A stretch of 64,000 bases of DNA from a bacterium (GCA_021789695.1 JAJYJH010000010.1:6240-70239), one strand, 5' to 3'. Positions 9,458 to 18,896 are shown, counted from the first letter of the stretch. The notes: generated by a model not told the origin, from the sequence alone. Translations and numbers: made by a program.

Positions 9458-10542
9458 ACTTCATAAACCGGATAGCCGAGCTCTTTAAGGACCGGAAGAT
9501 CCGCAAGTACGGGCCGATCGTCCTGGCCGTAATGGTCCTGGCCGTTTTCGTCGTCAGGCGGAAACTGGCCATAGCCCGCGAGAAAGCTCCCGACACCTAC
9601 CCGGTGGTTCTGGACCTGGCCTCGCCGCGCCAGGGCGTGCTGCGCGCCCAGGAGACCTTCCTGGGCCTCTTCAAGCCGGAGAACCAGGCGGACCTTAGTT
9701 CCCGCTTGAGCGCCCGCGTGGTCTATATCGCCGAGGAAGGCAGCGTAGTGAAGAAGGGCGACGTGGTGCTGCGCCTGGACACCTCGGACCTGGCCGCCGG
9801 CGCCGAGGCGCTAGACATAAAGCGGCAGAACCAGGAAAAGGTCTACGACCGCGACAGGATCCTGCTGGACAGCGGGGCCATCTCGCAGGAGCAGCTGGAG
9901 AACTCGCAGAACCTTTATCAGCAGGCCGTGGCCGCCTACGAGGCCGCCGCCGCGCAGTTGAGCTACGGCGTGATGGACGCGCCTTTCGACGCGGTGGTGG
10001 GCAAGCGTTTCCTGCAGCCCGGCGACACCGCCGTGCCGGGCAGACCGCTGCTGCAGCTCAACGGCACCGGCCCCGGCTACGAGGTCTACGCCGATCTCCC
10101 GGTGGAGACCGCTGTTAAAATAAGGCCAGGCTCGGAACAGGAAATAGCCTTTAACGGCGGCGTGCAGAAGGCGCGCGTAAAGGCCGTAGTGCCAGCCGCG
10201 GCCAACAATTTGATGACGGTCAAGCTGGCGCTTACCGGCAACAAACTGGGCATTCCCGCCGGCACCTACGTGGACACGCATTTCTATACCTCGGTCAGCC
10301 GCGGGCTAATAGTGCCCGCCAATTCGGTATTGCGCAATATGAACGGCTACTTCGCGCTGACGGTAAAGGACGGGGCGGTGCACTGGGCGCCGGTGAAAGT
10401 GCTGGGCGCCGACGCCGTTAGCTACTGCGTGGAGGGGCTGGACCCGGCCGCGCGGCTGGGCACGGCCCCGGCTCAGGACCTGCTTAAGATCTACGAGGGC
10501 CAGAAAGTGAAGGCGGTCCGGGAGAGCGGGAGCTATGACTAA
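9454..10542 (+). CDS. efflux RND transporter periplasmic adaptor (MFP/HlyD family)
   Basis: 362 aa with an N-terminal membrane anchor, coiled-coil hairpin and beta-barrel regions. ATGA overlap with the TolC gene. Confidence 0.85.
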   Translation: MNFINRIAELFKDRKIRKYGPIVLAVMVLAVFVVRRKLAIAREKAPDTYPVVLDLASPRQGVLRAQETFLGLFKPENQADLSSRLSARVVYIAEEGSVVKKGDVVLRLDTSDLAAGAEALDIKRQNQEKVYDRDRILLDSGAISQEQLENSQNLYQQAVAAYEAAAAQLSYGVMDAPFDAVVGKRFLQPGDTAVPGRPLLQLNGTGPGYEVYADLPVETAVKIRPGSEQEIAFNGGVQKARVKAVVPAAANNLMTVKLALTGNKLGIPAGTYVDTHFYTSVSRGLIVPANSVLRNMNGYFALTVKDGAVHWAPVKVLGADAVSYCVEGLDPAARLGTAPAQDLLKIYEGQKVKAVRESGSYD

Positions 10543-13500
10543 ATATTTCATCTCGAGGCCGCACCTGGTCTTCGCGGTCCTTATCGGGCTGTCGGCGCTG
10601 GGCGTGTTTGGGTTTTTCAGGATCCCGCGCGACCTGTTCCCTCCGGCCGACAGGCCGCAGGTGGCGGTGGTCACCGTGGAGCCGGGCGCTTCGGCCCGCT
10701 ATGTGGCCGACCATGTCAGCGCCATCATAGAGCGCCAGCTCTACACCATCAACGGCATCAGGCGCGTTTATTCCACCTCCAACGACGGCTTCTCCATAGT
10801 GACGGCCGAGTTCAACTACGCCAAGCCCATCGCCGAGGCCAAGACCGACGCGGCCAACGCCCTTACCAAGATCGGCAACCTTCTGCCCGCTGACATCCAG
10901 ACGCCTTCGGTCTACGAGATAACTTCCTATACCCCGCCGGTGATAGTGCTTTCGCTCTCGCCAAAGCCCGGCTCCAGGCTGGGCCTGGCCGACCTCCGTT
11001 ACATGGCGGAGAACTACATAAAGCCGGAACTGCTTAAGGCCGGCAATGTTTCCAACGTGGACGTGTTCGGCGGCTTCCAGAAAGAAATAGACGTTTTTAT
11101 AGACAACGCCAAGCTGGCCGGCCTGCGCCTGACCGCGCAGGACGTGGCCGCGGCGCTGAGGCTGGGCAACAAAAACATGCCGATGGGCATCGTGATGAAC
11201 CAGACCAACCAGAACGTGTTCCGCCTGCTCACCGAGGCCGCCGACATCCGCCAGATAGGCGACATCAATATAACCCCGTCGGTAAAACTGAAGGACGTGG
11301 CCGTGGTTTCCTACGGCATAAAAGACCCCACCTCGCTTTACCGCGGCAACGGGGCGCAGGGCATAGCCCTGGCCGTACAGCGCCCCTTCGGCGGCGCGGT
11401 GCTGGACACCATTAATTCCGTCAATAAGCTGCTGCCGGAGCTTAAGAAGCGCTTTCCGCAGCTGGAGATCCGCACCACGGATTCGCAGGAAGAGCTGGTA
11501 AAGCTCAGCAACTCCAACATGCTGGACGCCCTGCGCGACGCCATCATCTTCACGTCCCTGGTCATCTTTGTTTTCCTCGCGGACCTGCCGCTCACCGTCA
11601 TCGCGGGCATGTCCATCCCGTTCGTGTACCTGGCCACCATAGGCATCATGTGGCTCTTGGGTATAGGTTTCAATATAGTAAGCCTCACGGGCATAATACT
11701 GGCGCTGGGCATGCTGGTGGACGACGCCATCGTGATCCTGGAGAACATCAAACGCCATCACCAGGAACTGGGCAAGAGCGCCGAGCGGGCCGCCATAGAC
11801 GGCACCGAGGAAGTGATGCTCGTGGTCTTCGGCGGCACCCTGGCCACGGCGGTCATCATGCTGCCGCTGCTTTTCGTCGGGGATTTTCCGGAGAAGATCT
11901 TCCGCCCGCTGGCCGGCACGCTGATGATAGCCGTGCTGGTTTCCTACGTGGTGTCCATCACCTTCATCCCCATAGTGGCCAAGAAGTTTATGGGCATAAA
12001 AGGGTTCAGGTTCGAAGGCCGCCTGAACGCCTGGATGGAAAAGGCGCTGGCCCCGCTCAAGGTTTTCTACATTAACCTCAACCGGTTCATGATGGAACAC
12101 AGGAAGCTGCGGCCGGCGTTCATCCTGCCGCTGTTCATGCTGTTCGCCGTCAGCCTGCGCGTGATCCTGCCGCTGGAAGGGCGCGACCTGATGCCGCCCA
12201 TGGACACCGGCATAGCCAAGGTGAAAGTGACGCTGGCCTCCAACACCTCCATCTGGAAGGTGAACGAACGCGCCGCCGAGCTGGAAAAATACATCTACAG
12301 CCTGGGCGACATCCAGTCCGTCTCCACCGCCATAGGCACCGAGCCCGGCGTGTTCACCGTGGCCGGCGGCACGCCCTACCAGCTGCTGATGACGGTGCAT
12401 TTCGTCAACCGCTTCGACCGCAAGCGAAGTATCTGGACGCTGGAGGGGGAAATACGGGACTTCGCGCGCGGCCTGCCCGGCGTGAAATACGCGGACGCCT
12501 ACGACTACGGCGCCACCGCTTTCTCCTCCATCGTAGCCAACGTGGACGCCACGCTATTCGGCTCGTCCATAAAGGACCTGGACGCCGCCGGTAAGGACGT
12601 GATGGGCGCCATGGCCTTGACCAAGGGGCTCAAATCCTATTCCCGCTCTTGGGACACGGACAGCCGGGAAGAGGACTTCCGCATCGACAAGAATAAATGC
12701 GCCATGTACGGCGTCACTCCGGGCGGCGTGGCGGGCCAGGTGGCCCAGGGGCTCACCGGCGCGGTGTCCTCCGTGCTGACCATCCCCAACGAGACCGGCC
12801 TGATGATAAAGGTTATAGAAAAAAAGGACCTGCGCGACCGCGTTGGCAAGTTCGGCAGTTACCTGGTTGCCACGCCCAAGGGCTTTGTGCCGCTGGCGGC
12901 CATGGGGGACTTCGTGGACAGCACCGAACCCACCGTCATTACGCGGCAGGGCATGCAGTATTCGCTGGACGTGTACGGCTACCGCGCCACCTTCCCGATA
13001 ACGCATATCATGGAGAGCTTCGACGCCGCCATGAAGAAAGTTAAGCTGCCAGACGGAGTTACCTTAAAGCAGACCGGCGACATAGACACCATGACGAACG
13101 CCATGCTGCGCATGCTCTCCGCCATAGCCATGGGCATAGTTATCCTTTACCTGGTGATGGTGCCGCTCTTCGGCTCGTGGAAGGCCCCGGTGGCCATCAT
13201 CGTGGCCATCCCGCTGGGCGCCATAGGCGGCGCGTGGTCGCTCCTGATAGCCGACAAACACGCCTGCCTGCCGGCCATCATGGGCTTCGTGCTCCTGGGC
13301 AGCATCATAGTCAAGAACTCCATCCTGCTCATAGACTTCATCCAGGTCTACGAGCGCGAGGGCAAGGATTTGAAGACCGCCATCTACGACAGCATCACCG
13401 TGCGCACGCGCCCCATCCTGATGACGGCCTTCGGCACGGCCGTGGGCATGGTGCCCATAGCGCTGGAATGGGCCATAGGCCTGGAGCGCCTCTCGCCGCT

Positions 13501-13618
13501 GGCCATAGTGTCCATAGGCGGGCTCATCTTCGGCACCTTCCTCACGCTGGTGTACGTGCCCTATTTCTACTACCTGATGGCCTCAAAAAAAGAAATAGAG
13601 GGCGCTGTTAAGAACTAG
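10535..13618 (+). CDS. efflux RND transporter permease (AcrB/CzcA superfamily)
   Basis: 1027 aa with a 12-TM, two-large-loop architecture. Typical N-terminus (FISRPHLVFAVLIGLSALG...) and an 8-nt overlap with the MFP gene. Confidence 0.9.
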   Translation: MTKYFISRPHLVFAVLIGLSALGVFGFFRIPRDLFPPADRPQVAVVTVEPGASARYVADHVSAIIERQLYTINGIRRVYSTSNDGFSIVTAEFNYAKPIAEAKTDAANALTKIGNLLPADIQTPSVYEITSYTPPVIVLSLSPKPGSRLGLADLRYMAENYIKPELLKAGNVSNVDVFGGFQKEIDVFIDNAKLAGLRLTAQDVAAALRLGNKNMPMGIVMNQTNQNVFRLLTEAADIRQIGDINITPSVKLKDVAVVSYGIKDPTSLYRGNGAQGIALAVQRPFGGAVLDTINSVNKLLPELKKRFPQLEIRTTDSQEELVKLSNSNMLDALRDAIIFTSLVIFVFLADLPLTVIAGMSIPFVYLATIGIMWLLGIGFNIVSLTGIILALGMLVDDAIVILENIKRHHQELGKSAERAAIDGTEEVMLVVFGGTLATAVIMLPLLFVGDFPEKIFRPLAGTLMIAVLVSYVVSITFIPIVAKKFMGIKGFRFEGRLNAWMEKALAPLKVFYINLNRFMMEHRKLRPAFILPLFMLFAVSLRVILPLEGRDLMPPMDTGIAKVKVTLASNTSIWKVNERAAELEKYIYSLGDIQSVSTAIGTEPGVFTVAGGTPYQLLMTVHFVNRFDRKRSIWTLEGEIRDFARGLPGVKYADAYDYGATAFSSIVANVDATLFGSSIKDLDAAGKDVMGAMALTKGLKSYSRSWDTDSREEDFRIDKNKCAMYGVTPGGVAGQVAQGLTGAVSSVLTIPNETGLMIKVIEKKDLRDRVGKFGSYLVATPKGFVPLAAMGDFVDSTEPTVITRQGMQYSLDVYGYRATFPITHIMESFDAAMKKVKLPDGVTLKQTGDIDTMTNAMLRMLSAIAMGIVILYLVMVPLFGSWKAPVAIIVAIPLGAIGGAWSLLIADKHACLPAIMGFVLLGSIIVKNSILLIDFIQVYEREGKDLKTAIYDSITVRTRPILMTAFGTAVGMVPIALEWAIGLERLSPLAIVSIGGLIFGTFLTLVYVPYFYYLMASKKEIEGAVKN

Positions 13619-13627
13619 GGGGATTTT

Positions 13628-14201
13628 ATGACTGAACATCTCTACGCGGTGGTTATAGGCGGCGGGCCCGGCGGCACGCCTGCCGCTATAGCGCTGGCCG
13701 CTGCCGGCAAAAAAACCCTGCTGGTTGAAAAATCAGGCAAGTCGGGCGGCGCGTGCCTTTTTGCGGGCTGGCGGCGCCCTGGCAAACACGGATAAGGTCT
13801 GGCCGGAGATCGGGAAAAAGATGGACCGTATCCTGCAAGGGAGATCTGGCGCGGCGCTTAAGAAGGAGGGGCAGGTCCCCAACCTCACGGTAAAAGCCGG
13901 CGGGGCCAGGTTCTTCTCGGCGCGTGAAATAGAGGTCAGCGATCTCTCCGCCCGCGCCGCCGGAAGGACCGCCTGGGGCCATTACTTTTACGCGGCCGGC
14001 AGTTTTTACCGCGGTTTCCAGGCGGTGGGAAAGGCCGAGGCCTACAAAGCGTGGGGCGCCGCGGCGCAGCGCTGGGCCTCCTTCGGCCTGAATTACCTTT
14101 TTTACGAAAAGAACAAGCTCATGGCCGAATACCGTTTCCGCACGGACCGGGGAAGTAAAACCCCGGAGTTCCGGCTGCAGCTGCAGGCGTATTTTAAATA
14201 A
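13628..14201 (+). pseudogene. pyridine nucleotide-disulfide oxidoreductase remnant (frameshifted and 3'-truncated)
   Basis: MTEHLYAVVIGGGPGGTPAAIALAAAGKKTLLVEKSGKSGGACLFAG is an FAD-binding GxGxxG fold with the start of the redox-active site. The frame stops at TAA 13793-13795 and family-like sequence resumes in the +1 frame. Total coding is under 200 aa versus about 450 expected. Confidence 0.5.
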
Positions 14202-14217
14202 AACACCGGAGGATACT

Positions 14218-14823
14218 ATGATAAACGCGAAAGACTGGCTTATCGAAGGGACCAAATTCCACGGGCACAAGTGCCCGGCCATGCCGCTGGGGCTGCGCGC
14301 CGGCGCGGCAGCCATGAACGCCCTCGGCGCCGGGCGCGCCTCGGACGGGCAGCTGCTGGCCCTGGTGGAGCTGGGCGAGCACCACTGCGCCACATGCTTT
14401 GCCGACGGGGTGCAGCTGATAACCGGCTGCACCTTCGGCAAGGGCAATATCGTAAAGACCAACAAGGGCAAATGGGGCGTGACGCTGGTGGATAAAAAGA
14501 CCGGCAGGGCGGTGCGCGTGGTGCCCCGCGCGGAGGCTATGAAAGCCAGCCGCGAGTCCGAGTTCATGACCAAGTACCGCTCCAAAGGCGTGCCAGCCAG
14601 CCAGGTGCCGGAAGAGATCTCCGGCCCGCTGATAAAGAACGTCATGGACGCGCCGGAAGAAAAACTGCTGAAGATCTCCGAGGTTTTCCCTTATAAAGCG
14701 GAGGAACCGGCGCACAGTTTCAACGGCTTTGTCTGCGAAGAATGCGGCGAGATGACGGTGATGGAGTACGGCCGCGTAAAGGGCGACAAGAAAGTCTGCA
14801 TGGACTGCGCCGCTAAGAAATAA
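14218..14823 (+). CDS. FmdE-family protein with C-terminal zinc ribbon
   Basis: 201 aa. FHGHKCPAMPLGLRAG and HHCATCFADGVQLITGCTFGKGN motifs, plus C-terminal CEECG...CMDC. Confidence 0.75.
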   Translation: MINAKDWLIEGTKFHGHKCPAMPLGLRAGAAAMNALGAGRASDGQLLALVELGEHHCATCFADGVQLITGCTFGKGNIVKTNKGKWGVTLVDKKTGRAVRVVPRAEAMKASRESEFMTKYRSKGVPASQVPEEISGPLIKNVMDAPEEKLLKISEVFPYKAEEPAHSFNGFVCEECGEMTVMEYGRVKGDKKVCMDCAAKK

Positions 14824-14884
14824 GAGAAGCGCCGCGCGCCCCGGCGGGACAACCCCGCCGGCCGCCGGCCGAAAGGAACTGGAC

Positions 14885-15988
14885 ATGAAAATAGGCGTTC
14901 TTACCGGCGGGGGCGACTGCCCCGGCCTTAACGCGGTGGTGCGCGGGGTTACCAAGTCCGCGCTGGGGCGCGGCTGGGAAGTGCTGGGTTTTAAGGACGG
15001 CTACCGCGGCCTGGTGGAAAAGGACTACGTGAACCTGGGCGATGCGGAAGTATCCGGCATACTTACGCGCGGCGGCACCATACTGGGCACCTCCAACACC
15101 GCCAACCCCTTCGCCTACACCCTGCCGCCGCTGGGCTCCGCCGGCAAGCCGAAGGACCTTTCTAAACTGGCCTTGGGGAACTTAAAAGAGCTCGGCCTGG
15201 ACGCGCTGGTGGCCATAGGCGGCGACGGCACGCTGACCATGGCCGGGCAGCTCTACAAACTGGGCGTGCCGGTGGTAGGCGTGCCCAAAACCATAGACAA
15301 CGACCTCTCCGCCACGGACGTCACTTTCGGCTTCGACTCGGCGCTGCGCGTGGCCACGTAAGCCGTGGACCGCTTGCACACCACGGCCGACTCCCATCAC
15401 CGCGTGATGATAGTGGAGACCATGGGCCGCTACGCCGGGTGGATAGCACTGCGCGCGGGTCTGGCCGGAGGCGGAGACATTATACTGCTGCCGGAGATCC
15501 CATACCGCGAGCGGGACATCATAAACTCGCTGATGGCGCGCCGGGAAAAAGGCAAGCATTTCTCCATAGTGGTGGTGGCCGAGGGCGCCCGCCCCGAGAA
15601 TGGCAAGATGACGGTGGCCAAAGTGGTAAAGAGTTCGCCGGACCCGCTGCGCCTCGGCGGGGTTTCCTACAGGATAGCCGACATTATAGAGAAGGGCGCC
15701 GGCCTGGAGACCCGCGTGGTGGTGCTGGGCCACGTGCAGCGCGGCGGAGAACCCACCGCTTTCGACCGGTGGCTGGCCACAGGCTTCGGCGTGAAAGCGG
15801 CGGAACTGCTGGCCAGAAAGAAATTCGGCCGCATGGTATCGTTCCGCGGCTTCTCGTTTACCGACGTGAGCATGGCCGAGGCCGTGGGCAAGCTGCGCAG
15901 GGTCTCGCCGGCCTCGGACGAGGTGCGGGCGGCGGTGGCGGTGGGCGCCTGCTTCGGGAATTCAAAGGTTACAGGCAGGAAGTTCTAA
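14885..15988 (+). pseudogene. pfkA: ATP-dependent 6-phosphofructokinase interrupted by one in-frame TAA
   Basis: MKIGVLTGGGDCPGLNAVVRGV...GVPKTIDNDL...[11 protein letters not shown], then TAA (15359-15361), then [27 protein letters not shown] in the same frame. The stop sits where PFKs carry Glu (GAA). Confidence 0.8.
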
Positions 15989-16003
15989 ACAGGGAGGCGG
16001 AAC

Positions 16004-16381
16004 ATGGCGATAAAGAAAGCGGTAAAGAAGATAGCGGAGGTGCTAAAGCCGGCTGGGGCCAGGAGAGCGGCGGGGAAGAAAACCGTCGCCGTGGTGAGAA
16101 CGGTGGCCCCTGCTAAAAAGTCGGAGCTGACGATAGACCACCCGGCAGAAGGGGAAACGGTGTGGAGCGGACATTACGCCGTAAGAATAAACGCGCCCGC
16201 CGGGGCGGTGGTGGAGGCCAGCGTGGACGGCGGATCCTGGGCGCTCTGCCGCAGCGCGGCCGGCCACTGGTGGCTGGATCTTTCCGGCCTTGCAGATGGT
16301 GAACATGAACTGGCCGCCAGGGTTATAAGGGACGGCCTCCCGGCCGCGGCGGCACGCAAGTTCAAGGTGGCAAGCGTATAG
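16004..16381 (+). CDS. hypothetical protein (Lys/Ala-rich N-terminus plus beta-rich C-terminal domain)
   Basis: 125-aa ORF 15 nt after the pfk locus. I recognised no family. Confidence 0.45.
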   Translation: MAIKKAVKKIAEVLKPAGARRAAGKKTVAVVRTVAPAKKSELTIDHPAEGETVWSGHYAVRINAPAGAVVEASVDGGSWALCRSAAGHWWLDLSGLADGEHELAARVIRDGLPAAAARKFKVASV

Positions 16382-16410
16382 GCCGCAGTTTCTCTTTACG
16401 CGGCGCTGGC

Positions 16411-16476
16411 CCTGATAACCGCCGTGTAAACGGCGGGCGGCCTGCTGTCGGGGAGCTTTGCGCTGTTGTCTGACGC
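16411..16476 (+). repeat. 66-bp direct repeat, copy A (dead copy of the CDF transporter 5' coding region)
   Basis: 62/66 identical by hand alignment to 18065-18130. The GAA codon of the intact copy is TAA here. Confidence 0.85.
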
Positions 16477-16565
16477 CGGCCGAAAGGCCGGGGGGCGCGC
16501 CATTTCCGGCGGCGGCCGACTCTGCGCCGGAGATAACAGGCTGATGGCGTTCTTCGGATAACATC

Positions 16566-17744
16566 TTGTCCAAAGATAACTCAAATTCAGGTATTCCGTC
16601 CGTTCCCGAGCTTTTTTTATCCTTCCTTAAGCTCGGGCTTACGGCTTTTGGCGGGCCTGCGGTGATCCCATACATTGAAGAACTTGTTGTGGGACGTAAC
16701 CAATGGCTAGAAAAAAGCACGTTTAAGGACGGCGTCGTAATCTGTCAGGTTATCCCCGGGGCAACGGGTATGCAGGTCGCGGCATACGTCGGTTTAAAGA
16801 CAAAAGGGATAATGGGCGCGTTAGCCTCATATGCGGGGTTTGGCCTGCCTGCCTTTTTGCTTATGTTGATTCTTTCCTACCTGTACGCGGTGTATCATGG
16901 CGTTCAACAGGCCGCTTCCTTGTTCAACGGTCTGGCCGTGATCGTAGCCGGCATTGCGGTCAACGCGGGATATTCATTCGGCCGGAATACAATAAAAACC
17001 AGGCAGGGAACAACTATAGGCGTGTTATCCGCGGCTCTTTTTTTAATAGGCGTGAGCCCTTTTATCGTGCTCCTCGGTACCGCTTTCCTTGGCGTATTCA
17101 TTTTTAGCGCGGATAAACCGGCCCTCCCGCCTATGCCGCACCAGGCGAACTATGCGGGCAACATATATAAATACCCGGCGCTGTTCTCTGTCCTGCTGCT
17201 GGCTGGGCTTGGCTCGCTTTATTACGCTGCGCCTAAGCTTTTTTCCCTGGCGGAAGTGATGCTTAAGGTGGATACTTTCGCTTTCGGCGGCGGTTTTGCG
17301 TCGGTGCCTCTGATGTTCCACGAGGTAGTATCGGTAAAGAGGTGGATGGACAGCGGGACATTGATGTCAGGCATAGCCTTTGGTCAGATGACCCCTGGCC
17401 CGGTAGTCATAACCGCTACCTTTGTAGGTTATTTGGTGTCCGGGATGGCCGGAGCCGTAGTGGCGACCATGGCCGTTTTCACCCCATCGTTCCTGCTGCT
17501 GCTACTGGCAACTCCCTCTTTTGACAGAATTAAAGGTTCGGCGCTTTTTTCCAACGCGACCACGGGGATTTTTTCCGCGTTTTCCGGATTTCTGGTCTTT
17601 GTCGCGGTGAAATTTGTTGTCGCGGTCAACTGGGATATTCTAAAAATCCTGTTCGGTTTTATCGTGTTAGGCGCACTTGTAAAGAAGGTGGACATAATCT
17701 ACGTGGTCTTAATCGGGGCGGCTGCTTCAATATTCTTGTTTTAG
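16566..17744 (+). CDS. chrA: chromate transporter (CHR family)
   Basis: 392 aa. FLKLGLTAFGGPAVIPYIEE in the first half and FAFGGGFASVPLMFHEVV in the second give the duplicated CHR-domain signature. TTG start as listed in the ORF track. G+C is markedly lower than in the flanks. Confidence 0.85.
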   Translation: MSKDNSNSGIPSVPELFLSFLKLGLTAFGGPAVIPYIEELVVGRNQWLEKSTFKDGVVICQVIPGATGMQVAAYVGLKTKGIMGALASYAGFGLPAFLLMLILSYLYAVYHGVQQAASLFNGLAVIVAGIAVNAGYSFGRNTIKTRQGTTIGVLSAALFLIGVSPFIVLLGTAFLGVFIFSADKPALPPMPHQANYAGNIYKYPALFSVLLLAGLGSLYYAAPKLFSLAEVMLKVDTFAFGGGFASVPLMFHEVVSVKRWMDSGTLMSGIAFGQMTPGPVVITATFVGYLVSGMAGAVVATMAVFTPSFLLLLLATPSFDRIKGSALFSNATTGIFSAFSGFLVFVAVKFVVAVNWDILKILFGFIVLGALVKKVDIIYVVLIGAAASIFLF

Positions 17745-17990
17745 ACTATAAACGGGGGACTCCGCGGCGCTGGGCCGCGCTCGGGGTGAATTGCCTTTCC
17801 CCGGCGCGGGCGTGTCTAAAATGCGCTTTCCGGGACGCCCTGCATTCTGCCATTGCGTAAAAAACGCTAAAGGCAAAAAACTGACGTAGTCGAAGAAGGA
17901 GGCCTCTAAAATGGCTAAAATAGTCAAAGCGGAGAATAAGCGGAACTGGTTATAGGCTACCCGGCTTTCGGAATAATCAAGGATATTCCC

Positions 17991-18896
17991 ATGGCGCACC
18001 ATCATCACCATCACGACACCTGTAAGGACCAGAAGGCGCTGTGGATCTCCATAGTGCTCAACTTCCTGATAACCGCCGTCGAAACGGCGGGCGGCCTGCT
18101 GTCGGGGAGCCTTGCGCTGCTGTCTGACGCGCTGCATAATTTTTCGGACGCGGTCGCGCTGATTATAAGCCTTATCGCCATGCGCCTGGGCGCGCGCGGC
18201 AGCAGCGAGGAGAAAACCTTCGGTTACAAGCGGGCCGAGATAATAGCGGCCTTCATAAACTCGCTGGCGCTCATCCTGATTTCCGTCTTCCTCTTTAAAG
18301 CGGCTGTGGCGCGCTTGCTGCATCCGGCGGTGATAAACACCGGGCTGATGCTGGCGGTGGCGCTGGTGGGCCTGGCCGCCAACGCGGCGTCGGCGTTTAT
18401 GCTCAAAGGCGGCGCCGAAGGCAATATGAATATGCGCGCGGCCTACCTGCACCTGCTCTCCGACGCGCTTTCCTCCGTGGGCGTGGTGCTGGGCGCGCTC
18501 TGCATCCGGTACCTAGGCCTCGCCTGGGTGGACCCGCTGCTCACCATGATCATAGGCGTCTACGTGCTCTACGAGGGTTACGGCATAGCCGCCGACGCGC
18601 TGCGCGTGCTCATGAACTACGCGCCCGAGGGCCTGGACCTGCGCCTCATAGAGAAGGAGATAACCGCGCTGGGGGGGGTGGCGGACCTGCACCACGCGCA
18701 CCTCTGGACCCTTTCCGAGCACAACATCCACTTCGAGGCGCACGTCAACACGGCGGTCGACCTGCGCCTGAGCGAGGCCTGCCTGCTGCGCGAGAAAATA
18801 GAAGAACTGCTGCACGAGCGCTTCGAGATAAACCACGCCACGCTGCAGCTGGAATACCGCGGCTGCGCCGGCACCGGTCTGATCAAAGGCCACTAG
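17991..18896 (+). CDS. cation diffusion facilitator family transporter (CzcD/ZitB-like)
   Basis: 301 aa. LSDALHNFSD (TM2) and HLLSDALSS (TM5) metal-site motifs. N-terminus is MAHHHHHHD. Confidence 0.9.
   Translation: MAHHHHHHDTCKDQKALWISIVLNFLITAVETAGGLLSGSLALLSDALHNFSDAVALIISLIAMRLGARGSSEEKTFGYKRAEIIAAFINSLALILISVFLFKAAVARLLHPAVINTGLMLAVALVGLAANAASAFMLKGGAEGNMNMRAAYLHLLSDALSSVGVVLGALCIRYLGLAWVDPLLTMIIGVYVLYEGYGIAADALRVLMNYAPEGLDLRLIEKEITALGGVADLHHAHLWTLSEHNIHFEAHVNTAVDLRLSEACLLREKIEELLHERFEINHATLQLEYRGCAGTGLIKGH
18065..18130 (+). repeat. 66-bp direct repeat, copy B (inside the intact CDF gene)
   Basis: Partner of 16411-16476. Encodes LITAVETAGGLLSGSLALLSDA. Confidence 0.85.

Noticed and set aside
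10484-12400. 638-aa minus-strand ORF, plus similar long antisense ORFs: 1492-2697(-), 4786-6030(-), 23528-25507(+), 32204-33454(+), 47027-48607(+), 51918-53390(+), 45403-46338(+), 58332-59357(+).
   Set aside because: Each lies fully inside a well-supported gene on the other strand (RND pump, ABC-2 permease, ABC-F, P-type ATPase, FadL, dnaG, 5'-nucleotidase, rpoD, C11 peptidase). Their translations are Arg/Gly/His/Gln-rich low-complexity strings typical of stop-poor antisense frames in high-GC DNA.
15359-15361. TAA in pfkA as programmed recoding (selenocysteine, pyrrolysine or alternative code).
   Set aside because: TAA is not a known Sec or Pyl codon, and every other gene in the window terminates normally with TAA, TAG or TGA. 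A point mutation or base-call error is the simpler explanation.
17745-17990. czcD-type (NiCo) riboswitch upstream of the CDF transporter.
   Set aside because: The context is suggestive, but I cannot reproduce the consensus from memory and see no clear four-way-junction pairing. It is left as a check (covariance-model scan), not a call.
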